Below are positions 9,319 through 18,870 of a stretch of 24,736 bases of DNA, piece by piece. How positions within the stretch are numbered: position 1 is the stretch's first letter; each line of letters begins with the position of its first letter. The position numbers and the translations under genes were made by a program. The stretch covers positions 1 to 24,736 of the forward strand of contig NW_021836254.1 in assembly GCF_006345805.1 (NCBI RefSeq), read 5' to 3'. The notes beneath the pieces were generated by a model. It saw only the letters and a list, made by a program, of their open reading frames with translations, did no database searches and was not told the DNA's origin. The DNA comes from Octopus sinensis. Lineage: Eukaryota.

Positions 9319-10050
9319 TCCACTGTCTTACCTAACATCACTAGTTCGATCATATACTCAGCGGTACTCTCTAACATTGCTAGTTCGATCAGATAGTCTG
9401 GATAGAGAGCAGAAAGAAGCTAAGAGGGCGATATTTGCGTCACATAGTCCGAAATAAACTGCAAAAAAGCCAGCTGATTTCGCTAATACGGTCACATAGT
9501 CGAAATATACTGTAGAGACCCAGCTTAGATTGCCGAAATGAACTAATTCGATGTAGCTGAACTCAACAAATTGCCTGGTTGTCCGTGTTACTTGTCACTA
9601 TAACGACTTCGCTTCTAAAAACAACACAGAAAGTTAAAAAGAAACCCTGAGGAGTGGGGGTGGGGGTGGGGAATAGAAAAAGGAAAAAAGAAAGAAAGAA
9701 AAGAGTGACAAAACATGGAAATAGAGAGTGACTTAACAGACGTTATCATTAGAAATATTGACACTAAGGAATCCCAAAACACACACACACCTTAAAAAAA
9801 ATACAACAGGACAAATGAAATAATAAAAAAAGGGGAAAAAATGGAAACACTGATTAATCCCTGCTAGGTTTTTTTTTCCTTTAAATACAGTTCAAATACA
9901 GACTTTTTCATTTATTCAGAAAAAAAAACTTTTTATTATTATTATTATTAATTATTATTTTTTTTTTACTTTGTGTGAATACAAAGAAGAAATTATGAAT
10001 GAGATGTCAGGAATATGCGATCTTAATTAAAAAAGAAACAGACGATCTAA

Positions 10051-10058
10051 CTTACCGG
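10051..10058 (-). other. Candidate 5' splice donor (CCG|GTAAGT)
   Basis: Consensus donor on the minus strand, with the exon ending at 10056, at the edge of a SINE-free region. There is no transcript evidence. Confidence 0.3.
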
Positions 10059-11184
10059 TTCTCTTCACTTCATTTTCCAATCTATCGTCCACCTTTGATT
10101 AATTTCGCGTTATTATTTCTGTTTTTTTAAATAACCCTATTTTAATGTCAAAAAGTTAAATTCTTCACCACACGTTGCTTTCTTTCTCCTTTTCTTCTCC
10201 CTTAAAAAACACACCCCAACACACACAACCACACACTCCGTCTCTCTTTCTTTCTCTTTATCAGTTTTAAATTAATATATTTTCTTCTTTCGTTCCTTAA
10301 ATAATAGTTTTAATGTACTTCTTTTTGTTTTTTCAAGAAAAAGTACATATTCTTTTTCAATGAGTACAAATGCTAAAAACTATCCGTTGGTCCTTTTTAA
10401 GTGTGTCGATTCATTTATTTCCGCTTTATTATTAAGTTCAATGTTTCTTTTTGAAATTTCTCTTCAAATTTACTTTCAGGTAATTCTTCAAAGTCTCAAA
10501 ATTCTTCACATTTTTCTTCAGTCGGTCAGTTTCTTCATTTCATTCAGTTAATATCTATATCTCTGTGTCTTCCTCTCTCTCTTTTAATTTCCTCCTGCAG
10601 AGATTGTGAGTTACTTTGGTCACCGTGTCTCCACAAACGAATATCCGTTTAGCGCTTGTTTTCTTTTTAGATGCCAAGGCTTCCATATATGAAAGAATGG
10701 GAATAAGATGTTGTGGTGTTCATGGTTTATGCAACATATATAAACACATGGAGTAATGAAGCAATTTATAATACTCAGTCACTAGCAGCTTGTAGTGTAT
10801 TAAACCAGGCACAAGTTTCACTTTTAGGTAGAAAGAAGGGGAATGAATGAACTTCTGTAACGTGCATGCTTTTCTTTAGAACATTAATTGGTGTTGGGGG
10901 AAGCGAAATGAAAGCCCTCACAAAATAAAGTTTCAAAGCTTCTGCCGGACTCCCTGCTTCGGCCCCGTCAGGAGTTTGTCCAAGACCAAAGAAAAAAGAA
11001 AAGAAATAAAGAAAGAAAAAGAGAGTTGGTTTGGATATTAAAAGAGGGTGAGGCTGTTTGTAGCAGTGGTGATGGAGTGGAAGGGATTGGGTTATGTCGA
11101 TGCCTCTGTATGAAGAATTGGTTGCGTAACTGACAGTGAATCGAAATACAGTGAAAAGAAGTGGATGCAACTCGGAACCGAAGC

Positions 11185-11260
11185 CAGGTGCGTGCTTGTG
11201 TGTGTGTGTACGTGTGTGTATGTGTGTGTGTATGTGTGTGTGTTTGTGGTGTGTGTATAC
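11185..11260. repeat. (TG)n microsatellite
   Basis: Directly visible. Confidence 0.9.
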
Positions 11261-11924
11261 GAGCGCGTTTGTATGAGTGTAAACTTGTCCACCCAAGAGA
11301 GTAGTGGAATCGTGGTATCGGGTGGCGAAGGGGCTTACCACCCACCCGTTACTTCTCAGTTACCTAGCAACGCACGGCACGCGCCGATGTTGTATAACGG
11401 TGTTGTTGTTGTTGTTTGTTTTCTAAAAAAGTTATGTTGTACATGGTTTCGACTTCAGAGAGAGACAGTGGTAGCGGTGGTGGCCTCGGGGGTACGATCG
11501 AGCGGTGTTGGCGGAGGAAAAAATAAAACGAGAATAGAATGTGAGTATGTGGCCGTCATGCACTTTCCTTCCTCAAAATTATCAGATAGGCGTATATTTT
11601 TCTCGGTGAAGTCCCGCTGTTTCCTACGAACGACCGTGATTCGAGACCGGATCGTTAACAGTCAAACCAGTCCGCAGCCAAGGGAGGTCAGAGCAGAACA
11701 GAAGCGGACCAGACCAGGCTAAACCAAGCCCGGCCAGACTCAACTAATCAATTACCGCTTTCTTATTTACACAGCGGCTCTCACTTCATTAACGTCTTAG
11801 TAGAGGAAGAGGAAGGGAAGGAGGAGGGAAGAAACTTGAGGAGGAGAAAGAGGAGAAGTGTGGGAGAAAAAAAAAAACAAACTAGAAAATATTACCTTTT
11901 GGTTACTATTATAAGCGGAGTAGT

Positions 11925-12525
11925 AAGGCGGTGAGTTGGCAGAAACGTTAGCACGACGGGCGAAATGCTTAGCGGTAATTCGTCTGCCGTTACGTTGTGA
12001 GTTCAAATTCCGCCGAGGTCGACTTTGCCTTTCATCCTTTCGGGGTCGATAAATTAAGTACCAGTTACGCACTGGGTCGATATAATCGATTTAATCCCTT
12101 TGTCTGTCCTTGTTTGTCCCCTCTGCGTTTAGCCCCTTGTGGGTAATAAAGAAATAGGTATTTCGTCTGCCGTTACGTTCTGAGTTCAAATTCCGCCGAG
12201 GCCGACTTTGCCTTTCATTTTTTCGGGGTCGATAAATTAAGTCCCAGTTACGCACTGGGGTCGATATAATCGATTTAATCCCTTTGTCAGTCCTTGTTTG
12301 TCCTCTCTGTGTTTAGCCCCTTGTGGGTAGTAAAGAAATTGGTATTTCGTCTGCCGTTACATTGTGAGTTCAAATTCAGCTGAGGTCGACTTTGCCTTTC
12401 ATCCTTTCGGGGTCGATAAATTAAGTACCAGTTACGCACTGGGGCCGATATAATCGATTTAATCCCTTTGTCTGTCCTTGTTTGTCCCCTCTAATGTTTA
12501 GCCGCTTGTGGGTAATAAAGAAATA
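11925..12525 (+). mobile_element. Family B SINE trimer, tail type B1, with perfect 16-bp TSD
   Basis: Unit 1 spans 11925-12156 (A-box about 11937, B-box GTTCAAATTCC 12001). Head-truncated units span 12157-12340 and 12341-12525. The TSD TATTATAAGCGGAGTA is at 11907-11922 and 12526-12541. Confidence 0.95.
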
Positions 12526-12669
12526 TATTATAAGCGGAGTAAGTTAGATCAGTTTTTTGGGGATACACTAAGGTTCGAAACTCGACCGCTAAAACTTATT
12601 CGCTTATTCACTCGCTTTACATCTTCCTCGTGCGGTCTGCGATGGTCGCCTTAACCCGTCTCTCTTTAC

Positions 12670-12835
12670 ATAACGTTCTGAGTTCGAATTCCACCGAGGT
12701 CGACTTTGCCTTTCATTCTACTGGATCGATAAAATAAGGTGTCAGCTAAGCTCGGAGGGAGTGGGGCTGAGATTGGGGCTGCAGCTGGGTTGTATGTCAA
12801 TGTAATCGACTTGTCCACTTTCCCTGAATTTCAGG
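12670..12835 (+). mobile_element. Family B SINE, 5'-truncated and diverged
   Basis: ACGTTCTGAGTTCGAATTCCACCGAGGTCGACTTTGCCTTTCAT..GTAATCGACTT, with a G-rich insertion at about 12750-12790. Confidence 0.75.
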
Positions 12836-12899
12836 AGGGGTGGTGGTGGTTGTGGTGGTGGTGAACAAAAACAAAACAAACTAAAAACCTCTCACTTTA

Positions 12900-13271
12900 C
12901 CCTCTTTTTCTGTCTGTCTGTCTTTCTTTCTCTTCTTTCTCTCTCTCGCCCTTCCTCTCTCTCTCTCTCTTTCTCTCTGTTCTAAGACTACATTGTGAGA
13001 ATATGTCCCTCTTTATATATATATCTGTATATATTACAGTAGTTCGTTAAGCAATAAGCAATCGCTCCGAGCCTCTTTCTTACTATTGTTTTTTTGTTGA
13101 TGTGGTTTTGGCTGAGTGTTGTTGTCCTTCTTTCCTTCCATACTCTCTTGACTTTACATTTGAAGGTGAGAGACAGGGAGGCAGACGAGTGCATTTCTCT
13201 TTCTCGCCAACTCTTTCTGTCTCTCTCTTTACCTCTTTCGTTATAAACAACAACACACACATAAACATATG

Positions 13272-13304
<33 letters not shown>

Positions 13305-13336
13305 ATATATATATATATATGATATATATAATATAT

Positions 13337-13376
<40 letters not shown>

Positions 13377-13502
13377 TATTTACACACACACATATACATA
13401 TATATATACACATATATTTACACACACACACCCATATATATATACATATGTACAGAACATATGTGTGCATATAAGAATATATATATACATATATATATAT
13501 AT

Positions 13503-13549
<47 letters not shown>

Positions 13550-13640
13550 TATATTATATATATATTCTGTTAGATTTTCCTTTTTTTAACTCTGTCTCTC
13601 TCGTTCTCTCTTTTCTCCTCCCTCCCTGCCTCTTTCTTCC
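12900..13640. repeat. Compound (CT)n / (TA)n / (CA)n microsatellite field
   Basis: Directly visible, with short unique stretches in between. Confidence 0.9.
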
Positions 13641-13798
13641 TTTTTTCTTTCTCTTACTCTGCTACCACCACTCCCCACCACCAGAAATACAAGCACCCCC
13701 ACCCCCACCCCCCACACCCCACCCCCACCCCCCCCCATTCTCATCATAACAACCTCCCCCCCTCGCTGCATCGCCGCTTCCACCCTTCTTCGCTCCAG

Positions 13799-13850
13799 GT
13801 CTGTAAATTAACTTCCACCGAGTGAACAACTTGGTCTTACCACTTTGTAC
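13799..13850 (+). other. Candidate 52-nt non-coding exon
   Basis: Pyrimidine tract plus CAG acceptor (13797-13798) and AC|GTAAGT donor (13851). Stop codons occur in all three frames. Confidence 0.3.
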
Positions 13851-13879
13851 GTAAGTTCTGATTCGCCTAGTCTCCCCCA

Positions 13880-14387
13880 TCCCCACGCGCATACACACAC
13901 ACACACACACGCATACACACACACACACATACACGCATACACACTTGTACTCACCCTCTTTCTCTCTGTCTGTGTCTCAGAAGCGCATACTGTCACATAC
14001 ATGTTCTCTCTCTCATATATCGTACACACACTCACATACTAACCTATGTCCTCTCTCTCTCCCTCCCCCCCTCTCTCTCTCTCATGCATACCCATGCACC
14101 CACTATGTCACCCCCACCTTTCTCTTCCTCTATTACTCCCTCACTGAGACCGATTTATTTCTCTCTCTCTCTCTCTCTCTCTCTTATGCAGTTTCTCACA
14201 CACACACACACATTTACTCTTTCTTACACACACACACACACACCACATTTACTCTTTCTTACATACACAGACGCAACAATACACACTCATATAGATAGAT
14301 AGAAAGACAGACAGATAGATGGATAGATATATATAAAGAGAGAGAGAGAGAAAGAGAAAGAGGTGGAGAGAGAAAGAGGAGAGAGGA

Positions 14388-14418
<31 letters not shown>

Positions 14419-14600
14419 CAAACAGACGTATAGGCGGATAGATAGATTGATAGATAGACAGACAGACATAAAGACAGGTACACAACACGTACAATCACGT
14501 AGACATTACATAGTCACAATACACATACAGTCATAACATACAACACACAAAGCACATACATGCACGTAAGCTTAGAAACATGCACATATACATACACACA
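13880..14600. repeat. Compound (CA)n/(CT)n/(AG)n/(GATA)n microsatellite field
   Basis: Directly visible. Confidence 0.9.
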
Positions 14601-14635
14601 GAATTGCATGCCATGATAGATCGTTAGCTCCAACA

Positions 14636-14818
14636 CGCATTTTTTCTCTCCTTTTTTCTCTCTTTGTTTTTTTTCTGTGTACCTTTCTGCAGAAGAGCGT
14701 AGGCTCGAAACGTAAAATACTCTTTCTATTCCTGAGCATTATACTAACACATTTGTTTGTTTGTACTCCACCTGCCTTCGTCTTTTGTTTATTTTCGTAA
14801 ACTTTCCCGTTATATATA
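14636..14818 (+). mobile_element. Probable Penelope-like terminal-repeat fragment
   Basis: Carries a minimal hammerhead-like motif (see 14684-14717) of the type established for Penelope-like elements. Boundaries are approximate. Confidence 0.5.
14684..14717 (+). ncRNA. Degenerate minimal type I hammerhead-ribozyme motif
   Basis: TTT-CTGCAGA-A-GAGC(GTAG)GCTC-GAAA-CGT-A-AAA. This gives a CUGANGA-like core with one mismatch, a perfect 4-bp stem II, GAAA, palindromic ACGU stem III, a GUA cleavage triplet and a 3-bp stem I. Confidence 0.55.
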
Positions 14819-15051
14819 TGCACATACGCACACACATACATATTCATGCACGTCTATCTTTCGTTTAAAGTTATGTTGCAATAAGTTGATCTGTCTCATG
14901 CAACAGGCAGGATAGAGACTGCTGTCGGTTGTTGTTGCTCTTGTTGTTGGTGGTGGTGGTGATGGTGTGGTGGTGTCCAGGCTCTAGATGTATGGAGTGC
15001 GTAGATGTCTGTACATTTGTATTTAGGTACGTTTGTATATAAATGTGTATG

Positions 15052-15098
<47 letters not shown>

Positions 15099-15111
15099 GT
15101 ATGTATATATA

Positions 15112-15359
15112 TACTCTTTTACTTGTTTCAGTCATTTCACTGCTGCGGCCATGCTCGAGCACTGCATTTAGTCGAGCAAATTGACAACATGACATATCCT
15201 TTGTAGGCCTAGTACTTATTCTATCCATCTCTTTTTTGCCGAACCGCTAAGTTACGGGAACGTAAACACACCAACATCGGTTTGTTCAAAGTTGGGTGGG
15301 GGAAGGGGACAAACACAGACACACAAACATATGCATACATATAGACATATACAACACAC

Positions 15360-15456
<97 letters not shown>

Positions 15457-15595
15457 CATATATACGACGGGCTTCTTTCAGTTGGCCCGAGGGTATAGTA
15501 GAAGACACTTGCCCAAAGTGCCACGCAGTGGGACTGAACACGGAACCATGTTGTTTGTGTAAGCAAGCTACTTAACGCACAGCCACTCCTGCGCC
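15112..15595 (-). mobile_element. Family A CORE-like SINE, near full length
   Basis: Head GGCGCAGGAGTGGCTGTGCG.. with B-box-like GTGTTCAGTCC, CORE-like segment, internal microsatellite of about 150 bp, and tail ..GAAACAAGTAAAAGAGTA. An internal deletion of about 30-35 bp lies at about 15483 relative to 6081-6461. Confidence 0.92.
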
Positions 15596-15599
15596 TATA

Positions 15600-15884
15600 G
15601 AAGAAAACAATTATTACATACGGTGACCTAGCCGACTCGGTATCGTTTAGATGACCAGTGAACTAAACCACTCATATTCCTTATATATTATATATTTACG
15701 TTCTTACATGCACCGTTGCCAACACAATTATATCGGACAAACGAGCCTTCCTTTACGCAGAAGAGTAGCAGTCCATGAAGAACAGATATATCTCCTACAA
15801 TACCGAGAAATTCCACTCAGTAGCCACATAGACTCTTGCGCTAGAAATAAAAATCCCAAATTTCATATATTCCCTTTCTATTAA
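15600..15884 (+). pseudogene. Penelope-like element GIY-YIG endonuclease fragment, frameshifted
   Basis: IYVLTC (15694-15711), a 1-nt frameshift, then RCQHNYIGQTSLPLRRRVAVHEEQI..YREIPLSSHIDSCARNKNPKFHIFPFY*. This is the xIY..YIG motif with downstream R..H, typical of Penelope endonucleases. Confidence 0.8.
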
Positions 15885-15887
15885 TGG

Positions 15888-15908
15888 ACTTATCACACAG
15901 CCACTCCT

Positions 15909-15912
<4 letters not shown>
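15888..15912 (-). mobile_element. Duplicate of the family A SINE 5' tip
   Basis: CACAGCCACTCCTGCGC at 15896-15912 is identical to 15578-15594. Confidence 0.8.
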
Positions 15913-15971
<59 letters not shown>

Positions 15972-15973
<2 letters not shown>

Positions 15974-16163
15974 GTTAGGGCAGCTGACTGGCGGTCGTAG
16001 GATCGCGGTTTCGATCCCCAGACCGAGGGTTGTGAGTGTTTATTGAGCGAAAACACCTAAAGCTCCACGAGGCTCCGGCAGGGGGTGGGTGGATACCCCT
16101 GTTGTACTCTTTCGCCACAGCTTTCTCTCATTCTTTCTTCTGTTGGCCTGCTCGCTCAGCGAG
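15972..16163 (+). mobile_element. Family C SINE, tail type C2, truncated
   Basis: Head and body as at 2670-2850, then CTGTTGGCCTGCTCGCTCAGC as at 19847-19871. Confidence 0.88.
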
Positions 16164-16779
16164 ATGCGGAGGCAAGGTTCTATGTGAAGAAAGACTGATA
16201 GATACACAATGAAAAATCAGAAGATAAGTGAGAAATGAGAAAAAAAGGAGAATACAGACAGAATCAAATTGGCAAATAAATAAATAAATAAACAGATGTA
16301 AATAAATGGCTAATTATTATATATATATTATATAAAGATATATATACATATATATTTGTGTGTGTGTGTGTATAAAGAATATTAGAGAGAAGAGTGAAAA
16401 TGAAAGTGGGAAGTGTTGGGTTATGAGGGGTGGAAGAGATCTTGCCTGTTCTTACATATGGTGAACGGCTGTATTACAAGCTGTAGAGACTGAGAAGGAG
16501 GAGGAAGGCTGGAGGCAATTATATATATTCAGATACACACACACACACACACACTCACACGCATATATATATATATATACGTATACATATACATGGATGT
16601 GTATATATTTATGGTGTTGATAGCGACAGAGAGAAAAAGAGAGAGAGAGAGAAGAAAGAACACACAGGGAGTGGTAGGGGTAGTGGTGGGGGAATTCAGG
16701 TACCGGAGATAGATAGGGAATTAACAAAAGATTAAAAGACTGGTAGAATTAAAAGATAAGACATGAGATTGACAAAGGA

Positions 16780-16856
16780 GAAAATAGGATAAATGAAATA
16801 TATATATATATATATCTATATCTATCTATCTCTCTATCTATCTATCTATCTATCTA

Positions 16857-16901
<45 letters not shown>

Positions 16902-16905
16902 ATAT
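16780..16905. repeat. (TA)n/(TCTA)n microsatellite
   Basis: Directly visible. Confidence 0.95.
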
Positions 16906-17158
16906 ATATTCGTGTAACATCGTCCGTTTTCCCGTCCTTGTTTTGTATACATTCGAGAGGCTTTCTTCCAAGGAATCTAATGCACTTGGCTTAGATTTTT
17001 CTTTGGGGCTGGCCAGGTCAGCAATCTCAAGATTAATCAGCCGAAATTGCGAGGTGATCCGGTTCTTGACTGAAGATTGAAGGCTTCGAATGTCCCGTCC
17101 GTGTTTTTTTGTATTGTCTTCTAAGTGTTTTTGCGTTCTTGTCCCAGTTTGTATTTTT
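16906..17158. mobile_element. Possible interspersed repeat island, perhaps Penelope-terminal-like
   Basis: A complex-sequence island between microsatellites that resembles a cephalopod repeat from memory only. There is no second copy in the window. Confidence 0.3.
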
Positions 17159-17187
17159 TACACACACACACACACACACAACACACA

Positions 17188-17225
<38 letters not shown>

Positions 17226-17262
17226 ACACACAACACATATATATATGTATATATGTATATGT

Positions 17263-17311
<49 letters not shown>

Positions 17312-17328
17312 TACATATATATATATAT
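17159..17328. repeat. (CA)n/(TA)n microsatellite
   Basis: Directly visible. Confidence 0.95.
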
Positions 17329-17340
17329 TCATCTTGTGAA

Positions 17341-17412
17341 ACACTGGGGTCGGTATAATCGACTAGTCCCCTCCCACCAAATTTCTGGCCTTGTGACTTA
17401 GGTAGAAAGGAT
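17341..17412 (+). mobile_element. Family B SINE tail fragment, type B3
   Basis: CTGGGGTCGGTATAATCGACT..CCCACCAAATTTCTGGCCTTGTG..GTAGAAAGGATT. Confidence 0.8.
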
Positions 17413-17416
17413 TAAT

Positions 17417-17615
17417 AGGCAGCGGCAAGTTGGTAGAATCATTAGCACGCCAGACAGAAATGCTTGAACATTCTGAGTTCAAATTTCGCCGAGGTCGACT
17501 TTGTCTCTCATCCTTTCCTGGTCGATAAAATAAGTACCAGTTGCGTACTGGGGTCGATGTAATCGACTTAATTCCTTCCCACCAAATTTGAGGCCTTGTG
17601 CTTCCTGTAGGAAGG

Positions 17616-17617
<2 letters not shown>
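17417..17617 (+). mobile_element. Family B SINE, type B3, followed by (ATC)n(ATT)n
   Basis: Head, B-box GAGTTCAAATTTC, central domain and tail GGCCTTGTGC..GTAGGAAGGAT. Confidence 0.88.
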
Positions 17618-17679
<62 letters not shown>

Positions 17680-17928
17680 TATGTTTGACTTTTGGTTTAT
17701 ATTTGTACAAGTTGGTTCCAAGTCTCACCCAGAGACCTCAAGAGACAACAGGTTGGAAGTTCATGTTGTTGTTATGCCTAGTGTGCCATATACTTGGTTT
17801 TGTATTTAGTGTTGTACTAGTGAATGTCAAAAAAAAAAACATACGAAAATTATTATTATTGTTATTATCATCATCATGATTATTATTATTATTATTATTT
17901 CATCATCATCATCATCATCATCATTATT

Positions 17929-18076
17929 CACGTTCTGTGATCAAATGCTGCCGGGGTCGACTTTGCTTTCCATCCTTTCAGGATCGATAAAATGAGTACC
18001 AGTTGACTACTGGGGTTGATGTAATCGACTATCACCTTCCTTCAACATTTCAGGCCCGGTGCCTGTTGTAGAAAGG

Positions 18077-18078
<2 letters not shown>
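17929..18078 (+). mobile_element. Family B SINE, 5'-truncated, type B3, followed by (ATT)n
   Basis: GGGGTCGACTTTGCTTTCCATCCTTTCAGGATCGATAAAATGAGTACCAG..GTAATCGACT..GTAGAAAGGATT. Confidence 0.85.
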
Positions 18079-18667
<589 letters not shown>

Positions 18668-18749
18668 GTAATTATTATACTGGATACTTATGTCTAGAAA
18701 TGGAATCAATGAGTTGCTAAGAGTTTCTTTTTGCACTGTTTTGAATAAT

Positions 18750-18870
18750 TCTTTTATCTTTTATCTTTTATCTCTTACTTGCTCTACTCATTGGACTGCG
18801 GCCATGCCTTGAAGTGTTTAGTCGAACAAATCGAGCCCAGTACTTATTTTTTAAACCTAGTCTAGTTACT
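18750..18870 (-). mobile_element. Family A SINE tail fragment
   Basis: (CTTTTAT)n, then GACTGCGGCCATGC..TTTAGTCGAACAAATCGA.CCCAG.ACTTATT, the reverse of the family A tail. Confidence 0.75.

Noticed and set aside
10775-11722. ORFs of 188 aa (-), 125 aa (-) and 185 aa (+)
   Set aside because: They run through (TG)n and T-rich or purine tracts, have biased composition and show no recognisable motif. A UTR or regulatory role is more plausible.
11925-12015. tRNA gene, and likewise the other A/B-box heads at 2660, 3328, 5011 and 15595
   Set aside because: The Pol III boxes belong to SINE heads that continue into shared SINE bodies, and I could not fold a full cloverleaf.
11925-12525. CRISPR-like or satellite array
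   Set aside because: The units are 184-bp SINE bodies with no unique spacers, the context is eukaryotic, and the array is flanked by a TSD.
13836-13840. Minus-strand donor GTG|GTAAGA
   Set aside because: There is no pyrimidine-rich acceptor upstream on that strand.
17026-17075. Second hammerhead-like motif (CTCAAGATTAATCAGCCGAAATTGC, or CTGAAGA..GAAT nearby)
   Set aside because: The core is too degenerate and stems I and II cannot be formed convincingly.
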